In this document: piece by piece, positions 35,901-45,648 of the stretch
How positions within the stretch are numbered: position 1 is the stretch's first letter
Layout of the letters: each line of letters starts with the position of its first letter
Source: Candidatus Eiseniibacteriota bacterium
GTDB lineage: Bacteria > Eisenbacteria > RBG-16-71-46 > SZUA-252
Assembly (NCBI GenBank): GCA_036380835.1
Contig: DASVDZ010000069.1
Location: forward strand, 49,094 to 113,093
Direction of reading: 5' to 3'
DNA length: 64,000 nucleotides
Notes under the pieces: model-generated
Database searches by the model: none
What the model was told of the DNA's origin: nothing
What the model saw: the letters and a program-made list of their open reading frames with translations, nothing else
Program-made: the position numbers and the translations under genes

Positions 35901-37268
35901 ATGGACGACGCGCTCGCCGTACATCGCCTCCACTTCGCCTTCACCGTCACCTTCCACTATCTCTTTCCGCAGCTCACGATGGGGCTCTCGCTCCTCCTCG
36001 TCATCCTGAAGTCGTGCGCGCTCAAGACCCGGGATCCGCGCTTCGACGCCGCGGCGCGATTCTGGGCGAAGATCTTCGGCATCAATTTCGCCATGGGCGT
36101 CGTGACCGGCATCCCGATGGAGTTCCAGTTCGGCACGAACTGGTCCGACTTCGCGAAGGCGGCGGGCGGCGTGATCGGACAGACCCTCGCGATGGAGGGC
36201 GTCTTCTCCTTCTTCCTCGAGTCCTCGTTCCTCGGCCTCTTCCTCTTCGGCGAGAAGCGGCTCACCCCGCTCGGGCACTGGTTCGCCGCCTTCCTCGTCT
36301 TCCTCGGGTCGTGGCTCTCGGGGTACTTCATCGTCGCGACCGACGCCTGGATGCAACACCCGGTCGGGCACGCGGTGCTGCCGAGCGGCGAGATCGCGCT
36401 CCAGAGCTTCACGGCGCTTCTCTTCAATCCGTGGGCGCTCTGGCAGTACGCGCACAACATGAACGGCGCCGTCGTCACCGCCTGTTTCGTCATGGCGAGC
36501 GTCGGCGCGTTCTACGTCCTCACGCGGCGCCACGAGGAGATGGGGCGGCTTTTCGTGCGGGTCGGCGTGATCGTCGGAGCGATCGCGTCCCTGACGCAGC
36601 TCCTCCCGACGGGAGACGGCCAGGGCCGGATGGTCGCGCGCCATCAGCCGGTCACGCTGGCGGCCATGGAGGGGCTCTTCCACACCGAGCGGGGCGCGCC
36701 GCTCGCGATCATCGGCCAGCCGGACGTGGAGCGCCAGCGGCTCGACAACCCGATCGTGATCCCGCGGATGCTGAGCTTCCTCACGTACCAAAGATGGACG
36801 CACGAGATCCGGGGGTTGAATCACTTCGCGCGGGACCGTTGGCCCGACAACGTGCCGCTCCTCTACTACGCGTACCACGTGATGGTGGGCCTGGGGACGA
36901 TCTTCATCGCGACCTACGGGCTCGCGCTCCTCCTCCTCCTGCGCGGCGCGCTGTTCCGCGCGCGCTGGATGCTCTGGATCCTGATGCTGGCGCTGCCGTT
37001 TCCGTACATCGCGAACACGGCCGGATGGATCACCGCCGAGGTCGGCCGCCAGCCGTGGCTCGTCTACGATCTCCTGCGCACGGCGGACGGCTATTCGAGA
37101 AACGTGTCGGCCGGAAACGGCCTCTTCACGCTGATCGGCTTCATGGGTCTCTACACGGTCCTCGGCATCCTCTTCCTCTTCCTCGTGCGGCGCGAGATCG
37201 AGCGGGGGCCCGATCCCGCGACCGCGCGGTCCGGCGCCGGCGCCCCGGCCGCCGGGACGGGGGGTTGA
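35901..37268 (+). CDS. cydA: Cytochrome bd-type quinol oxidase subunit I
   Basis: 455 aa. RLHFAFTVTFHYLFPQLTMGL, GIPMEFQFGTNW and EVGRQPW. Confidence 0.9.
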   Translation: MDDALAVHRLHFAFTVTFHYLFPQLTMGLSLLLVILKSCALKTRDPRFDAAARFWAKIFGINFAMGVVTGIPMEFQFGTNWSDFAKAAGGVIGQTLAMEGVFSFFLESSFLGLFLFGEKRLTPLGHWFAAFLVFLGSWLSGYFIVATDAWMQHPVGHAVLPSGEIALQSFTALLFNPWALWQYAHNMNGAVVTACFVMASVGAFYVLTRRHEEMGRLFVRVGVIVGAIASLTQLLPTGDGQGRMVARHQPVTLAAMEGLFHTERGAPLAIIGQPDVERQRLDNPIVIPRMLSFLTYQRWTHEIRGLNHFARDRWPDNVPLLYYAYHVMVGLGTIFIATYGLALLLLLRGALFRARWMLWILMLALPFPYIANTAGWITAEVGRQPWLVYDLLRTADGYSRNVSAGNGLFTLIGFMGLYTVLGILFLFLVRREIERGPDPATARSGAGAPAAGTGG

Positions 37269-37273
37269 CGACG

Positions 37274-38320
37274 ATGGAAACGCTCTGGTTCTGGCTCGTC
37301 GCGATCATGATCGTGATGTACGTGATCTTCGACGGCTTCGACATCGGCGCGGGCGTCGTCCACCTCTTCGTCGCGCGAACGCCCGAAGAGCGCGCCGCCG
37401 TGCTCCGGACGATCGGTCCGGTGTGGGACGGGAACGAGGTCTGGCTCCTCGCCGCGGGCGGTACGCTCTACTTCGCCTTTCCGGCGCTCTACGCTTCGTC
37501 GTTCAGCGGGTTCTACCTGCCGCTCATGATGGTGCTCTGGCTCCTGATCCTCCGCGGCCTCGCGATCGAGCTCCGGAACCAGATCGAGGGCGCGGTCTGG
37601 AAGCCGCTCTGGGACGGCGTCTTCGCGATCTCGAGCACGCTCCTCGCGGTCTTCTTCGGCGCCGCGCTCGGGAACGTCGTGCGCGGCGTGCCGCTCGACG
37701 AGTCGGGCCGGTTCTTCGAGCCGCTCTGGACGAATTTCCGCCCCGGGCCGGACGCCGGGATCCTCGACTGGTACACGGTCCTCGTCGGGCTGACCGCGCT
37801 CGCCGCGCTCGCGATGCACGGGGCGCTCTGGGTCGCGCTCAAGACGCCGGAGCCGATCGCCGGGCGCGCTCGCGCGGCGGCGGGGGGCGCCTGGTGGGGC
37901 GCCCTGGCCCTGACCGGGGTCATCACGGTGATGACCCTCCGGCTCCAGCCGCAGGTGCCGGCGAATCTCGCGCGGTGGCCCGTGGGAGCCGCGCTGCCGG
38001 CGATCGCCGTGGCGGGGCTCTTCGGCGCGCGGTGGTTCGCGGCGCGCCGGGCGGTGGGGAACGCGTTCCTCGCCTCCTCGACCTACCTCGCGGGGCTCCT
38101 GGCGAGCGCCGCGTTCGGCCTCTACCCCTACGTCCTCCCGGCGATTACCGACCCAGCCCTCGGGCTCACGGTGCACGGCACCGCCGCTCCGGCGTACGGG
38201 CTCCGGATCGGCCTCGTCTGGTGGACGGTGGGGATGGCGCTCGTGGCGGTCTACTTCACGTTCGTCTACCGGCTCTTCGCCGGCAGGGTATCGCTCGAGC
38301 CCGAATCGGGCGGCCACTAG
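37274..38320 (+). CDS. cydB: Cytochrome bd-type quinol oxidase subunit II
   Basis: Real part of ORF 36014..38320. ATG 37274 lies 6 nt after the cydA stop. FDGFDIGAGV and PVWDGNEVWLL. Confidence 0.9.
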   Translation: METLWFWLVAIMIVMYVIFDGFDIGAGVVHLFVARTPEERAAVLRTIGPVWDGNEVWLLAAGGTLYFAFPALYASSFSGFYLPLMMVLWLLILRGLAIELRNQIEGAVWKPLWDGVFAISSTLLAVFFGAALGNVVRGVPLDESGRFFEPLWTNFRPGPDAGILDWYTVLVGLTALAALAMHGALWVALKTPEPIAGRARAAAGGAWWGALALTGVITVMTLRLQPQVPANLARWPVGAALPAIAVAGLFGARWFAARRAVGNAFLASSTYLAGLLASAAFGLYPYVLPAITDPALGLTVHGTAAPAYGLRIGLVWWTVGMALVAVYFTFVYRLFAGRVSLEPESGGH

Positions 38321-38353
38321 CCCGCCGCTCGCGCGACGGAGGGGGAGGAATCG

Positions 38354-39130
38354 ATGGGGAGCGGGCGGGTCGGGGGCAAGGCCGCGATCGTGACGGGCGG
38401 GGCGCGGGGCATTGGCGCGGCGGTCTGTTGCCTCCTCGCGACCCACGGCGCGTCGGTCCTCGTGACCGACGTGCTCGACGAGGAAGGGGAGGCGACGGCC
38501 GCGGCCATCCGGGCGGCCGGCGGGAGCGCGTTCTACCTCCATCACGACGTCTCGAGCGAGCCCGAGTGGGCCCTCGCCGTCGGAGAGGCGGTCCGGCGCT
38601 TCGGTGGCCTCCACGTGCTGGTCAACAACGCGGCGATCGCGCGGGACCAGGACGTCGAGACGGAGACGCTCGAGGGATGGAACCGCCTGCTCGCGATCAA
38701 TCTCACCGGCACCTGGCTCGGCATGAAGACCGCGGCGCCGGCGATGCGGCGCGCCGGAGGGGGATCGATCGTCAACGTGGCCTCGATCTACGGGACGATC
38801 GGCGGGAACGGCGCCGCCGCCGCCTACCACGCCTCGAAGGGCGCCATGCGCACGATGACCAAGAACGCCGCGATCCGCTACGCGAAGGAGGGGATCCGCG
38901 TGAACTCGGTGCACCCCGCGTTCATCGAGACCCCGATGATCGCCCCGTTCATGAAGACGCCCGACGGGAAGCCGAGCGACATGGCGCGGTGGATCGAGGC
39001 GATGACGCCCCTCGGCCGCGTCGGAACGCCCGACGAGGTGGCGAACGCGATCGTGTTCCTGTCGAGCGACGAGTCGTCCTACGTGACCGGATCCGAGGTC
39101 TACGTGGACGGAGGTTGGACCGCGGCCTGA
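38354..39130 (+). CDS. SDR-family oxidoreductase
   Basis: 258 aa. TGGARGIG, NNAA and YHASKGA (YxxxK). Confidence 0.9.
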   Translation: MGSGRVGGKAAIVTGGARGIGAAVCCLLATHGASVLVTDVLDEEGEATAAAIRAAGGSAFYLHHDVSSEPEWALAVGEAVRRFGGLHVLVNNAAIARDQDVETETLEGWNRLLAINLTGTWLGMKTAAPAMRRAGGGSIVNVASIYGTIGGNGAAAAYHASKGAMRTMTKNAAIRYAKEGIRVNSVHPAFIETPMIAPFMKTPDGKPSDMARWIEAMTPLGRVGTPDEVANAIVFLSSDESSYVTGSEVYVDGGWTAA

Positions 39131-39198
39131 CCGCGGAGGTTCGAGGCGCGGATCGCGGGCATCGGAGCCCTTGGCCGCGCCATACCGTGGGGGAAACG

Positions 39199-39984
39199 AT
39201 GAAACGTGGAACGCCGCTCGCCATCGTCCTGGCGGGCCTCCTGGGAGCCGGCTGCGCCGCGGTTCCGCCGCAGCACGTCGGCGTGCTCGAGACCTTCGGC
39301 AAGGTGCACGACGAGACGTGGGGCCCGGGGCTCCACGCCTGGGCGCCGTGGCTCGGCGTCCATCGGATCAACTGCCGCACGCAACAGATCGAGGAGCGGA
39401 CCTCGACCCCGACGAGCCAGGGGCTCCTCGTCGGCCTCGACGTCAGCGTCGTCTACCACGCCGAGCCGACGATGGCGAAGGAGGTCTTCTCCCGATACGG
39501 CGGCGTCGAAGGCGTCGTGCAGACGGTCCTCGTTCCCGAGTTCCGCTCGGTGATCCGCGACGTGACCGCGGGTTTCGACGCCGTCGATCTCTACTCGTCG
39601 CGCCGCTCCGAGATCTCCACGCAGATGCTCTCCGACATCCAGGCGCGGATGAAGGGGCGCGGGATCGCGGTCGAGGCGATGCTGCTCCGGAACATCCAGC
39701 TCCCCGAGCAGATCTCCAGGGCGGTCGAGGCGAAGCTCGCCGCGGATCAGCAGGCGCAGCAGATGGAGTTCGTCCTAAGGAAGGAGCAGAAGGAGGCGGA
39801 GCGGAAGCGGATCGAGGCGCAGGGGATCGCGGACTTCCAGCGGATCGTCACCGCCGGCATCTCCCCGGCGCTCCTCACGTGGAAGGGGATCGAGGCGACC
39901 GAGCACCTGGCGACGTCGCCCAATTCGAAGGTCATCGTGGTGGGCGGGAAGGACGGCCTTCCCGTGATCCTGAACTCCCCGTAG
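39199..39984 (+). CDS. SPFH/band-7 (prohibitin-like) lipoprotein
   Basis: Real part of ORF 37423..39984. MKRGTPLAIVLAGLLGAGC lipobox. SPFH core and AEAKLAADQQAQQMEF coiled coil. Confidence 0.85.
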   Translation: MKRGTPLAIVLAGLLGAGCAAVPPQHVGVLETFGKVHDETWGPGLHAWAPWLGVHRINCRTQQIEERTSTPTSQGLLVGLDVSVVYHAEPTMAKEVFSRYGGVEGVVQTVLVPEFRSVIRDVTAGFDAVDLYSSRRSEISTQMLSDIQARMKGRGIAVEAMLLRNIQLPEQISRAVEAKLAADQQAQQMEFVLRKEQKEAERKRIEAQGIADFQRIVTAGISPALLTWKGIEATEHLATSPNSKVIVVGGKDGLPVILNSP

Positions 39985-40021
39985 GCGGCGGGCCGGGCGG
40001 GGCGCCGGCCGGGAGAGGGCG

Positions 40022-41026
40022 CTACTTGTCGTCGTCCTCGTCCTTCTCCTTGTCCTTCCCCGATTCGTCCCCGAAGCCGCCGACCCAGTTCCACTCGGCG
40101 CCTTCCTTCGGGTTGTCCTTGGTCTTCCGCTCGAGCTTGATCCGCCTCTCGACGGCCGGATCGAGCCGCTTGGCGATGATCCGGCTCACGATGCCTTCGA
40201 TCCGCCGGATCTCGTCGGAGGGGGTCGCGTCGGGGCGATACAGGTGGATCGTTCCCTGGAACGACCCCAGCTCCACGCGGCCCGAGCAGGTTCCGAGGCA
40301 GAACTGAAACCGGCGCCCCGCCTTGGTCTCGGAGAGCGTGACCGGGAAGCTCGACTCGAATTCCCCGGAGAACGTCGAGATGGCCACGGCCGCGTTGGCG
40401 GCCCTGGGAACGGCCACGGCGACGTCGCCGTTGTGGCTGGTGAAGCGGTAGCAGCCCTTGTCGCCGATCGTTCCCTCGTAGCAGATCCCGCCGTTCACCG
40501 TCGAGACGTCGACACTGTCGGAGCGGACGCGGTAGACGTACGCGCTGCCATTCACGGTCTCCGCGTGCACCGCCCCGTCGGCCCCGCTCAGGGCGATGTC
40601 GTCGTTCACCGTGTTGAGACGGATGCGCTTCCGGCCTCCCTGGACGATGACGTCCCCGTGGACCGTCTCGACCTTCACCGCGCCCTCCGTCCCGGTGATG
40701 ATCACGTCGGTGTGGATGCCCGAGACGTCGAGATCCATCCAGGTCGGGACCGTGAGGCGGATGTCGGCGGTCCGGTCCGCCATCTCCTTCGAGTACGCCT
40801 TGACGAGGAGGACGTTCTCCGACGGCTCGACGATCACGCGGTCCTCGTCGGAGTAGTCGGCCAGGATCCGCACCGCGTTCTGGCTCCAGGTCTGGATGAA
40901 CACCTCCCCGGCGTAGTCCGCGACGTTCAGCTGGACTCCCTTGGGGACGATCAGCGTGGTGTCCGCTCCCGCGGGGAGGTGGAACGCGGCGAGGGACGCG
41001 GCGAACGCGAGCGGTGCGAGGATCAT
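40022..41026 (-). CDS. DUF4097-like beta-helical repeat protein (putative adhesin/LiaF-C-like), acidic Lys/Asp/Glu tail
   Basis: 334 aa. Signal-like N-terminus. Repeated G.V.V.TV.GD(I/V) units. Last gene of the sigma / anti-sigma operon. Confidence 0.7.
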   Translation of the reverse strand: MILAPLAFAASLAAFHLPAGADTTLIVPKGVQLNVADYAGEVFIQTWSQNAVRILADYSDEDRVIVEPSENVLLVKAYSKEMADRTADIRLTVPTWMDLDVSGIHTDVIITGTEGAVKVETVHGDVIVQGGRKRIRLNTVNDDIALSGADGAVHAETVNGSAYVYRVRSDSVDVSTVNGGICYEGTIGDKGCYRFTSHNGDVAVAVPRAANAAVAISTFSGEFESSFPVTLSETKAGRRFQFCLGTCSGRVELGSFQGTIHLYRPDATPSDEIRRIEGIVSRIIAKRLDPAVERRIKLERKTKDNPKEGAEWNWVGGFGDESGKDKEKDEDDDK

Positions 41027-41038
41027 CGGGCTCTTCCT

Positions 41039-41758
41039 CTATCGGGGCGCGCTTGCCAGCACGGTGGCGCGATTCAGGAGCTCCACCCTGCGTCGCACCG
41101 TGTCGTCGAGGTGCGCGCGCACATAGGGGTTATGGGGATCGGCGTCCAGGGCGCGACGCGCCTCGTGGATCGCGACGTCGATGACGTTGAGGCTCTCTTC
41201 CAGCGTGCGAACGGTGCTGGGATCGAGTTGGTCGCGGGCGCCGGCCAGGATGCGGCGCAGCTCCTCCACGCCCTCGCCCACCTGGCCGGAGGCGGTCGCG
41301 ATCGGGAGCGTCGGCGACGGGGCGGTCGAACGCGCCGCGAGCGCGGTCGAGAGCGGCTCGGCCGCGCGGCCCGGTCCGCGCGCCGTCATCGCGGCCTGGC
41401 GGAGGCCGGTCGTACGGGCGTACCAGACCGCGCCCCCGGAGACGATCGCGATCGCGAGGCACGCGGCGGCGAGCTGGGGCAGCGAGAAGGTGACGTGGCG
41501 TTCCGACCAGCCGGCGCGGCGGGCGCCGACCTCGGGGCGGGAAGGCGGGCCGAGGCGCGCCTCGATTCCGGGCCAGAGATCGGTCTCGGGCTCGATCGCG
41601 GGGAGCGCGCGCGCCTTGGCGACCACGAGGCGCAGGTCCTCCACGAACGCGGCGCACTCGGCGCAGGCCGCGAGGTGCTCCTCGAGGTCGCGGCGGATCG
41701 GACGGTCGAGCTCGCCGTCGACGTAGTCGGAGAGGAGGTCGGTAAAGCGGTCGCTCAT
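41039..41758 (-). CDS. Anti-sigma factor with zf-HC2 zinc finger and one TM helix
   Basis: 239 aa. LLSDYVDGELD..EEHLAACAECAAFVEDL is the H-x3-C-x2-C motif. TM LAAACLAIAIVSGGAVWY. Confidence 0.75.
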   Translation of the reverse strand: MSDRFTDLLSDYVDGELDRPIRRDLEEHLAACAECAAFVEDLRLVVAKARALPAIEPETDLWPGIEARLGPPSRPEVGARRAGWSERHVTFSLPQLAAACLAIAIVSGGAVWYARTTGLRQAAMTARGPGRAAEPLSTALAARSTAPSPTLPIATASGQVGEGVEELRRILAGARDQLDPSTVRTLEESLNVIDVAIHEARRALDADPHNPYVRAHLDDTVRRRVELLNRATVLASAPR

Positions 41759-41771
41759 CGGTTCGCTCCGT

Positions 41772-42296
41772 TCATCGATTCAAGTGCTGTCTCAGGATCA
41801 TTCGCGCGCGGTGGAGCTGGGCCTTCGTCGTTCCCGACGTGATCCCCATCATCTCCGCGATTTCCTCGTGTTTGAACCCCTCCACGTCGTGGAGCACGAA
41901 CACGATCCGCGCGCCCTCGGGCAGTTTGGAGACCGCGCGCTCGAAGTCCATGCCGAGGTCCGACGTGGCGGGTCGGGCCGGCACCAGCTCGAGCGCGGAG
42001 TCGTCGTCCTTGATCCGCCCCCGCTCGATCCGGAGCGCGTTCCTCCGGTGGAGGATGACGCTCACCGCGACCCGGTGAAGCCAGGTGCCGAACGCGGCCT
42101 CGCCGCGAAACGTTCCGATCTTCTCCCACACCCGGACGAACACGTCCTGGGTGAGCTCGTGGGCGTGATCCCCCCCGAGCATCCGGCGCGCCAATCCGAG
42201 CACGCGCGCCACGTGCGCCCGGTAGAGGCGCTCGAAGGCGCGCGTGTCGCCGTTTTGGGCGCGTGCCACATCGACCCGTTCGCCGGTCTCGGGCAC
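41772..42296 (-). CDS. ECF-type RNA polymerase sigma factor (sigma-70 group IV)
   Basis: C-terminal part of a spurious 587-aa track ORF. Region 2: FERLYRAHVARV..DVFVRVW. Region 4: HEEIAEMMGITSGTTKAQLHRAR. The start is uncertain (GTG 42296 or TTG 42305). Confidence 0.85.
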   Translation of the reverse strand: MPETGERVDVARAQNGDTRAFERLYRAHVARVLGLARRMLGGDHAHELTQDVFVRVWEKIGTFRGEAAFGTWLHRVAVSVILHRRNALRIERGRIKDDDSALELVPARPATSDLGMDFERAVSKLPEGARIVFVLHDVEGFKHEEIAEMMGITSGTTKAQLHRARMILRQHLNR

Positions 42297-42374
42297 CGTA
42301 TTCAAGAGCGTAGTCGGTGCGGTCACCCCTGTCCCCACGAGCGCTGCGTGCAACGGTTTGGATCGGGGCGGACC

Positions 42375-42399
42375 GTCGAAGGTTGAAACATCGGATTCC
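42375..42399 (-). promoter_or_regulatory. Candidate ECF autoregulatory promoter GGAAT-N16-CGAC
   Basis: Minus strand reads gGGAATccgatgtttcaaccttCGACgg, about 80 nt upstream of the sigma start. It resembles the generic GGAAC-N16/17-CGTC ECF pattern. Confidence 0.25.
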
Positions 42400-42578
42400 C
42401 CCGCCGAGTAGTTTACGGGGCGGGGGTCGCCCCGCCAACCAAAGCCGGCCCGTCGTTGTCTCAGGGGATGCCGTACCGCGGCCAACCCCTGGTCGCGCTC
42501 GTGCCAGACGGGGGGTCCCCTTCGGGGGGCCCTCCGATCGAACCCACGGCCCGCAGTCGATGGAAAGGAGCCTTTCCC

Positions 42579-43691
42579 ATGCCCGCCCACCGTCGCGCTT
42601 TGGCGTCCCGTCTCCCGGGGGCGCTCCGCCGCATTCCCCGGATCGGCGTCGCGCTCGCAGCGGTGATGGCCGCCGCCGCCTTTTCGCCGGTCTCCGCCTC
42701 GCCGAGCGGCGCGGGCCAGAGGACGATCGCCGGCGACGACATCGCCGTACACAACCTGGTCGGCCACCTCACCGTCCGGCCCGGGACCGGGTCCGCGGTG
42801 GTCGCCGAGATCACGACGGCGGGGAAGGACGCCGACCGCCTGCGGGTCGAGCAGGGCGTCCTGCGCGGGCGCCCGACGCTCCGCGTGATCTACCCCTCGG
42901 ACCGGATCCGGGTCGATGGAATGGGGCCGTCCTCGTCCACGACGCTGCGGGTCCGGGACGACGGGACGCTCGACGTCGAGTCGGGCGAGGGGCGGAAGGT
43001 GACGCTGAGCGGGCGCGGATCGGGGCTCGACGCGCGCGCGGACATCGTCCTCACGGTCCCGCGGGGGAAGCGCGTCTCGATCTACTGGGGCGAGGGGAAG
43101 GGCGACGCCTCGGACGTCGACGCGGATCTCCGGATCGACGGTGCCTCGTTCGAGGTGGCGGCGCGCGGCAGCCGGGGCTCGCTCACGATCGAGGTCGGAT
43201 CGGGGAGCGTGAGCGTGGAGCGCGCCACCGGGACGGTGGACGTGGAGACCGGCTCGGGCGACGTCGAGCTCCGCGACGTGCGCGGCGACGGGCTCAAGGT
43301 GGAAACGGGGTCCGGACGGATCGACGCGCACGCCATCGAGACGGCGCGGCTCGAGCTCGAAACGGGCTCGGGCGACGTTCGCGCGGAGTCGGTGCGCGCG
43401 CCCCGCGCCTCGCTCACGACCGGGTCGGGAGCGATCAGCATGCGCTTGGATGGCGACGCCGACGACCTGGCGCTCGAGTCGGGGAGCGGCGACGTGACGC
43501 TGGTCGTGCCCCGCGCGTTCGGCGCCGCCGTTCACTTCGAGACCGGAAGCGGCGACATCGATTCGAACGTCCCGATCGAGGTCCGCTCGCGCGACCGCCG
43601 CGAGATCGACGGCTCGATCGGCGACGGCCGCGGACGCCTGAACGTCGAAACCGGTTCGGGCAGCATCACGATCCGCCGCCCGGAGGCGTAG
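42579..43691 (+). CDS. DUF4097-like beta-helical repeat protein, secreted
   Basis: Track ORF 42456..43691, started at ATG 42579 after GGAAAGGAG. Many repeats of E(T/S)GSG(D/S)(V/I). Confidence 0.7.
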   Translation: MPAHRRALASRLPGALRRIPRIGVALAAVMAAAAFSPVSASPSGAGQRTIAGDDIAVHNLVGHLTVRPGTGSAVVAEITTAGKDADRLRVEQGVLRGRPTLRVIYPSDRIRVDGMGPSSSTTLRVRDDGTLDVESGEGRKVTLSGRGSGLDARADIVLTVPRGKRVSIYWGEGKGDASDVDADLRIDGASFEVAARGSRGSLTIEVGSGSVSVERATGTVDVETGSGDVELRDVRGDGLKVETGSGRIDAHAIETARLELETGSGDVRAESVRAPRASLTTGSGAISMRLDGDADDLALESGSGDVTLVVPRAFGAAVHFETGSGDIDSNVPIEVRSRDRREIDGSIGDGRGRLNVETGSGSITIRRPEA

Positions 43692-43701
43692 GGGGCCGGC
43701 G

Positions 43702-44502
43702 CTAGCGGCCGTCCCCGTCCAGCAGGTTTCCGAGACCGCCCAGGATCGAGCCCTCCTCGCGCCGGCGGCCGCCGGTCTGGGGCGCCGCCGCGTAGATGCG
43801 GCTCGCTAGGCGGCTGAACGGGAGCGACTGGAGCCAGACGCGCCCGGGACCGCGGAGCGTCGCGAAGAAGAGCCCCTCCCCGCCGAAGAGCGCGCTCTTC
43901 AGTTTCCCGACGAACTGGATGTCGTAGTCCACGCTCGGCTGCACCGCGACGAGGCATCCCGTGTCGACGCGAAGCGTCTCGCCCGGCGCGAGCGCGCGCT
44001 CCTCGAGCGTGCCGCCCGCGTTCACGAAGAGCCAGCCGTCCCCCTGGAGGCGCTCCATGATGAAGCCCTCGCCTCCGAAGAGGCCGACGCCGAAGCGGCG
44101 CTGGAACGCGATTCCGATGCTCACCCCCTTGGCGGCGACCAGGAAGGAGTCCTTCTGCGCGATGATCTCGCCCCCCATCTGGGCGAGGTGCATCGCCTGG
44201 ATCTTGCCGGGGTAGGGAGCGGCGAAGGCCGCCCACCGCTTCTGGCCCGACTCGTTGTGGAAGACGGTCATGAAAAGCGATTCGCCGGTCAGGAGGCGCT
44301 TCCCGGCGCCCACCAGCGCTCCCATGAATCCTTGGTTCTGCTGGGAGCCGTCGCCGAAGACGGTGTCCATCTGGATCCCGTCCTCCAGGTACATCATGGC
44401 TCCCGCCTCGGCGACCACCGCCTCGCCCGGATCGAGCTGAATCCGCACGAACTGCATGTCGTCGCCTTTGATCTCGTAGTCGATCTCGTGCATCGTGGGC
44501 AT
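43702..44502 (-). CDS. AIM24/TIGR00266-family protein
   Basis: Track ORF 43702..44577, started at ATG 44502 after [43 protein letters not shown] and [21 protein letters not shown]. Confidence 0.8.
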   Translation of the reverse strand: MPTMHEIDYEIKGDDMQFVRIQLDPGEAVVAEAGAMMYLEDGIQMDTVFGDGSQQNQGFMGALVGAGKRLLTGESLFMTVFHNESGQKRWAAFAAPYPGKIQAMHLAQMGGEIIAQKDSFLVAAKGVSIGIAFQRRFGVGLFGGEGFIMERLQGDGWLFVNAGGTLEERALAPGETLRVDTGCLVAVQPSVDYDIQFVGKLKSALFGGEGLFFATLRGPGRVWLQSLPFSRLASRIYAAAPQTGGRRREEGSILGGLGNLLDGDGR

Positions 44503-44626
44503 CGTAGTTCCTCTCTCCGAACGTGGATCGACCGCACCCCGCGGGGCGCGGGCGCGGCGCCCGCGGCGCCTCCGCACGGCGCCGAGGATACGTCACCGGG
44601 CCGACCCGCCTCACCTCGAATACGAG

Positions 44627-44641
44627 CGGCACGCCAGTTGC
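44627..44641 (+). promoter_or_regulatory. Candidate sigma54 promoter CGGCACG-N4-TTGC
   Basis: gcGGCACGccagTTGCGt, 88 nt upstream of ATG 44729. GG/GC spacing is exact. Confidence 0.4.
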
Positions 44642-44728
44642 GTTTCCCTGGGGCATGACCCTGGCCCCGATGGAGACAACGACGTGTAACTCGTTGCAGC
44701 GCAATGAGCCACTGAAAGGAGCGAACGT

Positions 44729-45403
44729 ATGAAGTCGGCCACAGTGTGGAAATCCGGAATCAACTTGATCGGAGTGCTGCTGCTCACCGTGGGCACGACC
44801 GCGGTGGCCCAGCCCGGCGGTCGAATCCCTCCCGCCGGAGGACCCGGCCCGGGCGTGGCTCGCGATCGGGCGGAATTGCGGCAGGACCGGAACGAGCTTC
44901 GGGGCGACCGGCGGGACGTGAGACAGGATCGGGCGGACGTGGCGCGCCTCTCCCGGCTCCTGGCGCGCCTCGACGACGCCAAGGCATCGGGGAACCGTCG
45001 CGAGGAGGCGCGCGTGCGGGTCCGGCTCCGCCAGTTCCTGCGCGGAGAGGTGGTCGAGGCGCATCGCGACGTCGTCAAGGATCGCGCGGAGACGCGGCAG
45101 AGCGACGATCGCCGCGACCTTCGCGACGACGCGCGCGACAGCGCGAAGAGCCGCGCCCGGCTCGACCGCGAGTTGGCGATCGTCCGGGAGCTTCGATCGA
45201 TTCAGCCCGCCGTGCGCTCCGGCGATCGCCGCGCGTCACGGCGCGAGGACCGGCTCCTCGGCGACTTCCTGCAATTGGTGAAGCAGGACGCGCGCGAATC
45301 GGGACGCGAATGGCGCGAGGACCGCGCGGAGCGGCGCGATGACCGGCGCGAGATCCACGAGGACCGCCAAGGCGGACCGCAGGGAGGCGGCGACTACCAC
45401 TAG
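44729..45403 (+). CDS. Secreted, highly charged Arg/Asp/Glu repeat protein
   Basis: 224 aa. RBS AAAGGAG. Signal peptide INLIGVLLLTVGTTAVAQ. Iterated DR.ELR.DR.DVRQDR heptad-like units. Confidence 0.6.
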   Translation: MKSATVWKSGINLIGVLLLTVGTTAVAQPGGRIPPAGGPGPGVARDRAELRQDRNELRGDRRDVRQDRADVARLSRLLARLDDAKASGNRREEARVRVRLRQFLRGEVVEAHRDVVKDRAETRQSDDRRDLRDDARDSAKSRARLDRELAIVRELRSIQPAVRSGDRRASRREDRLLGDFLQLVKQDARESGREWREDRAERRDDRREIHEDRQGGPQGGGDYH

Positions 45404-45438
45404 ACGCGTCGGATGCGCCGAGCGTTCGGGGCCGGGCC

Positions 45439-45639
45439 CTATGCGGGCTTCGGCCCCGATTCGTTGGGCGGGGGCGGGCGACGCCGGGTCCGTCGCGCGC
45501 GGCCGGCGTCCCGAACCGCCCGGGAGAGCAGGTACTCGATCTGCCCGTTCACGCTCCGCAGCTCCTCCGCGGCCCACGCCTCGAGCGCGTTCCAAAGCTC
45601 GGGATCGATCCGAAGGAGGAACGACTTGCGGCCGCCCAC
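45439..45639 (-). CDS. Arc/MetJ-type ribbon-helix-helix DNA-binding protein
   Basis: 66 aa. The GTG start is 10 nt after the SPFH stop. [36 protein letters not shown] is the Arc-like RHH pattern. Confidence 0.6.
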   Translation of the reverse strand: MGGRKSFLLRIDPELWNALEAWAAEELRSVNGQIEYLLSRAVRDAGRARRTRRRPPPPNESGPKPA

Positions 45640-45648
45640 GGGGCGCCC

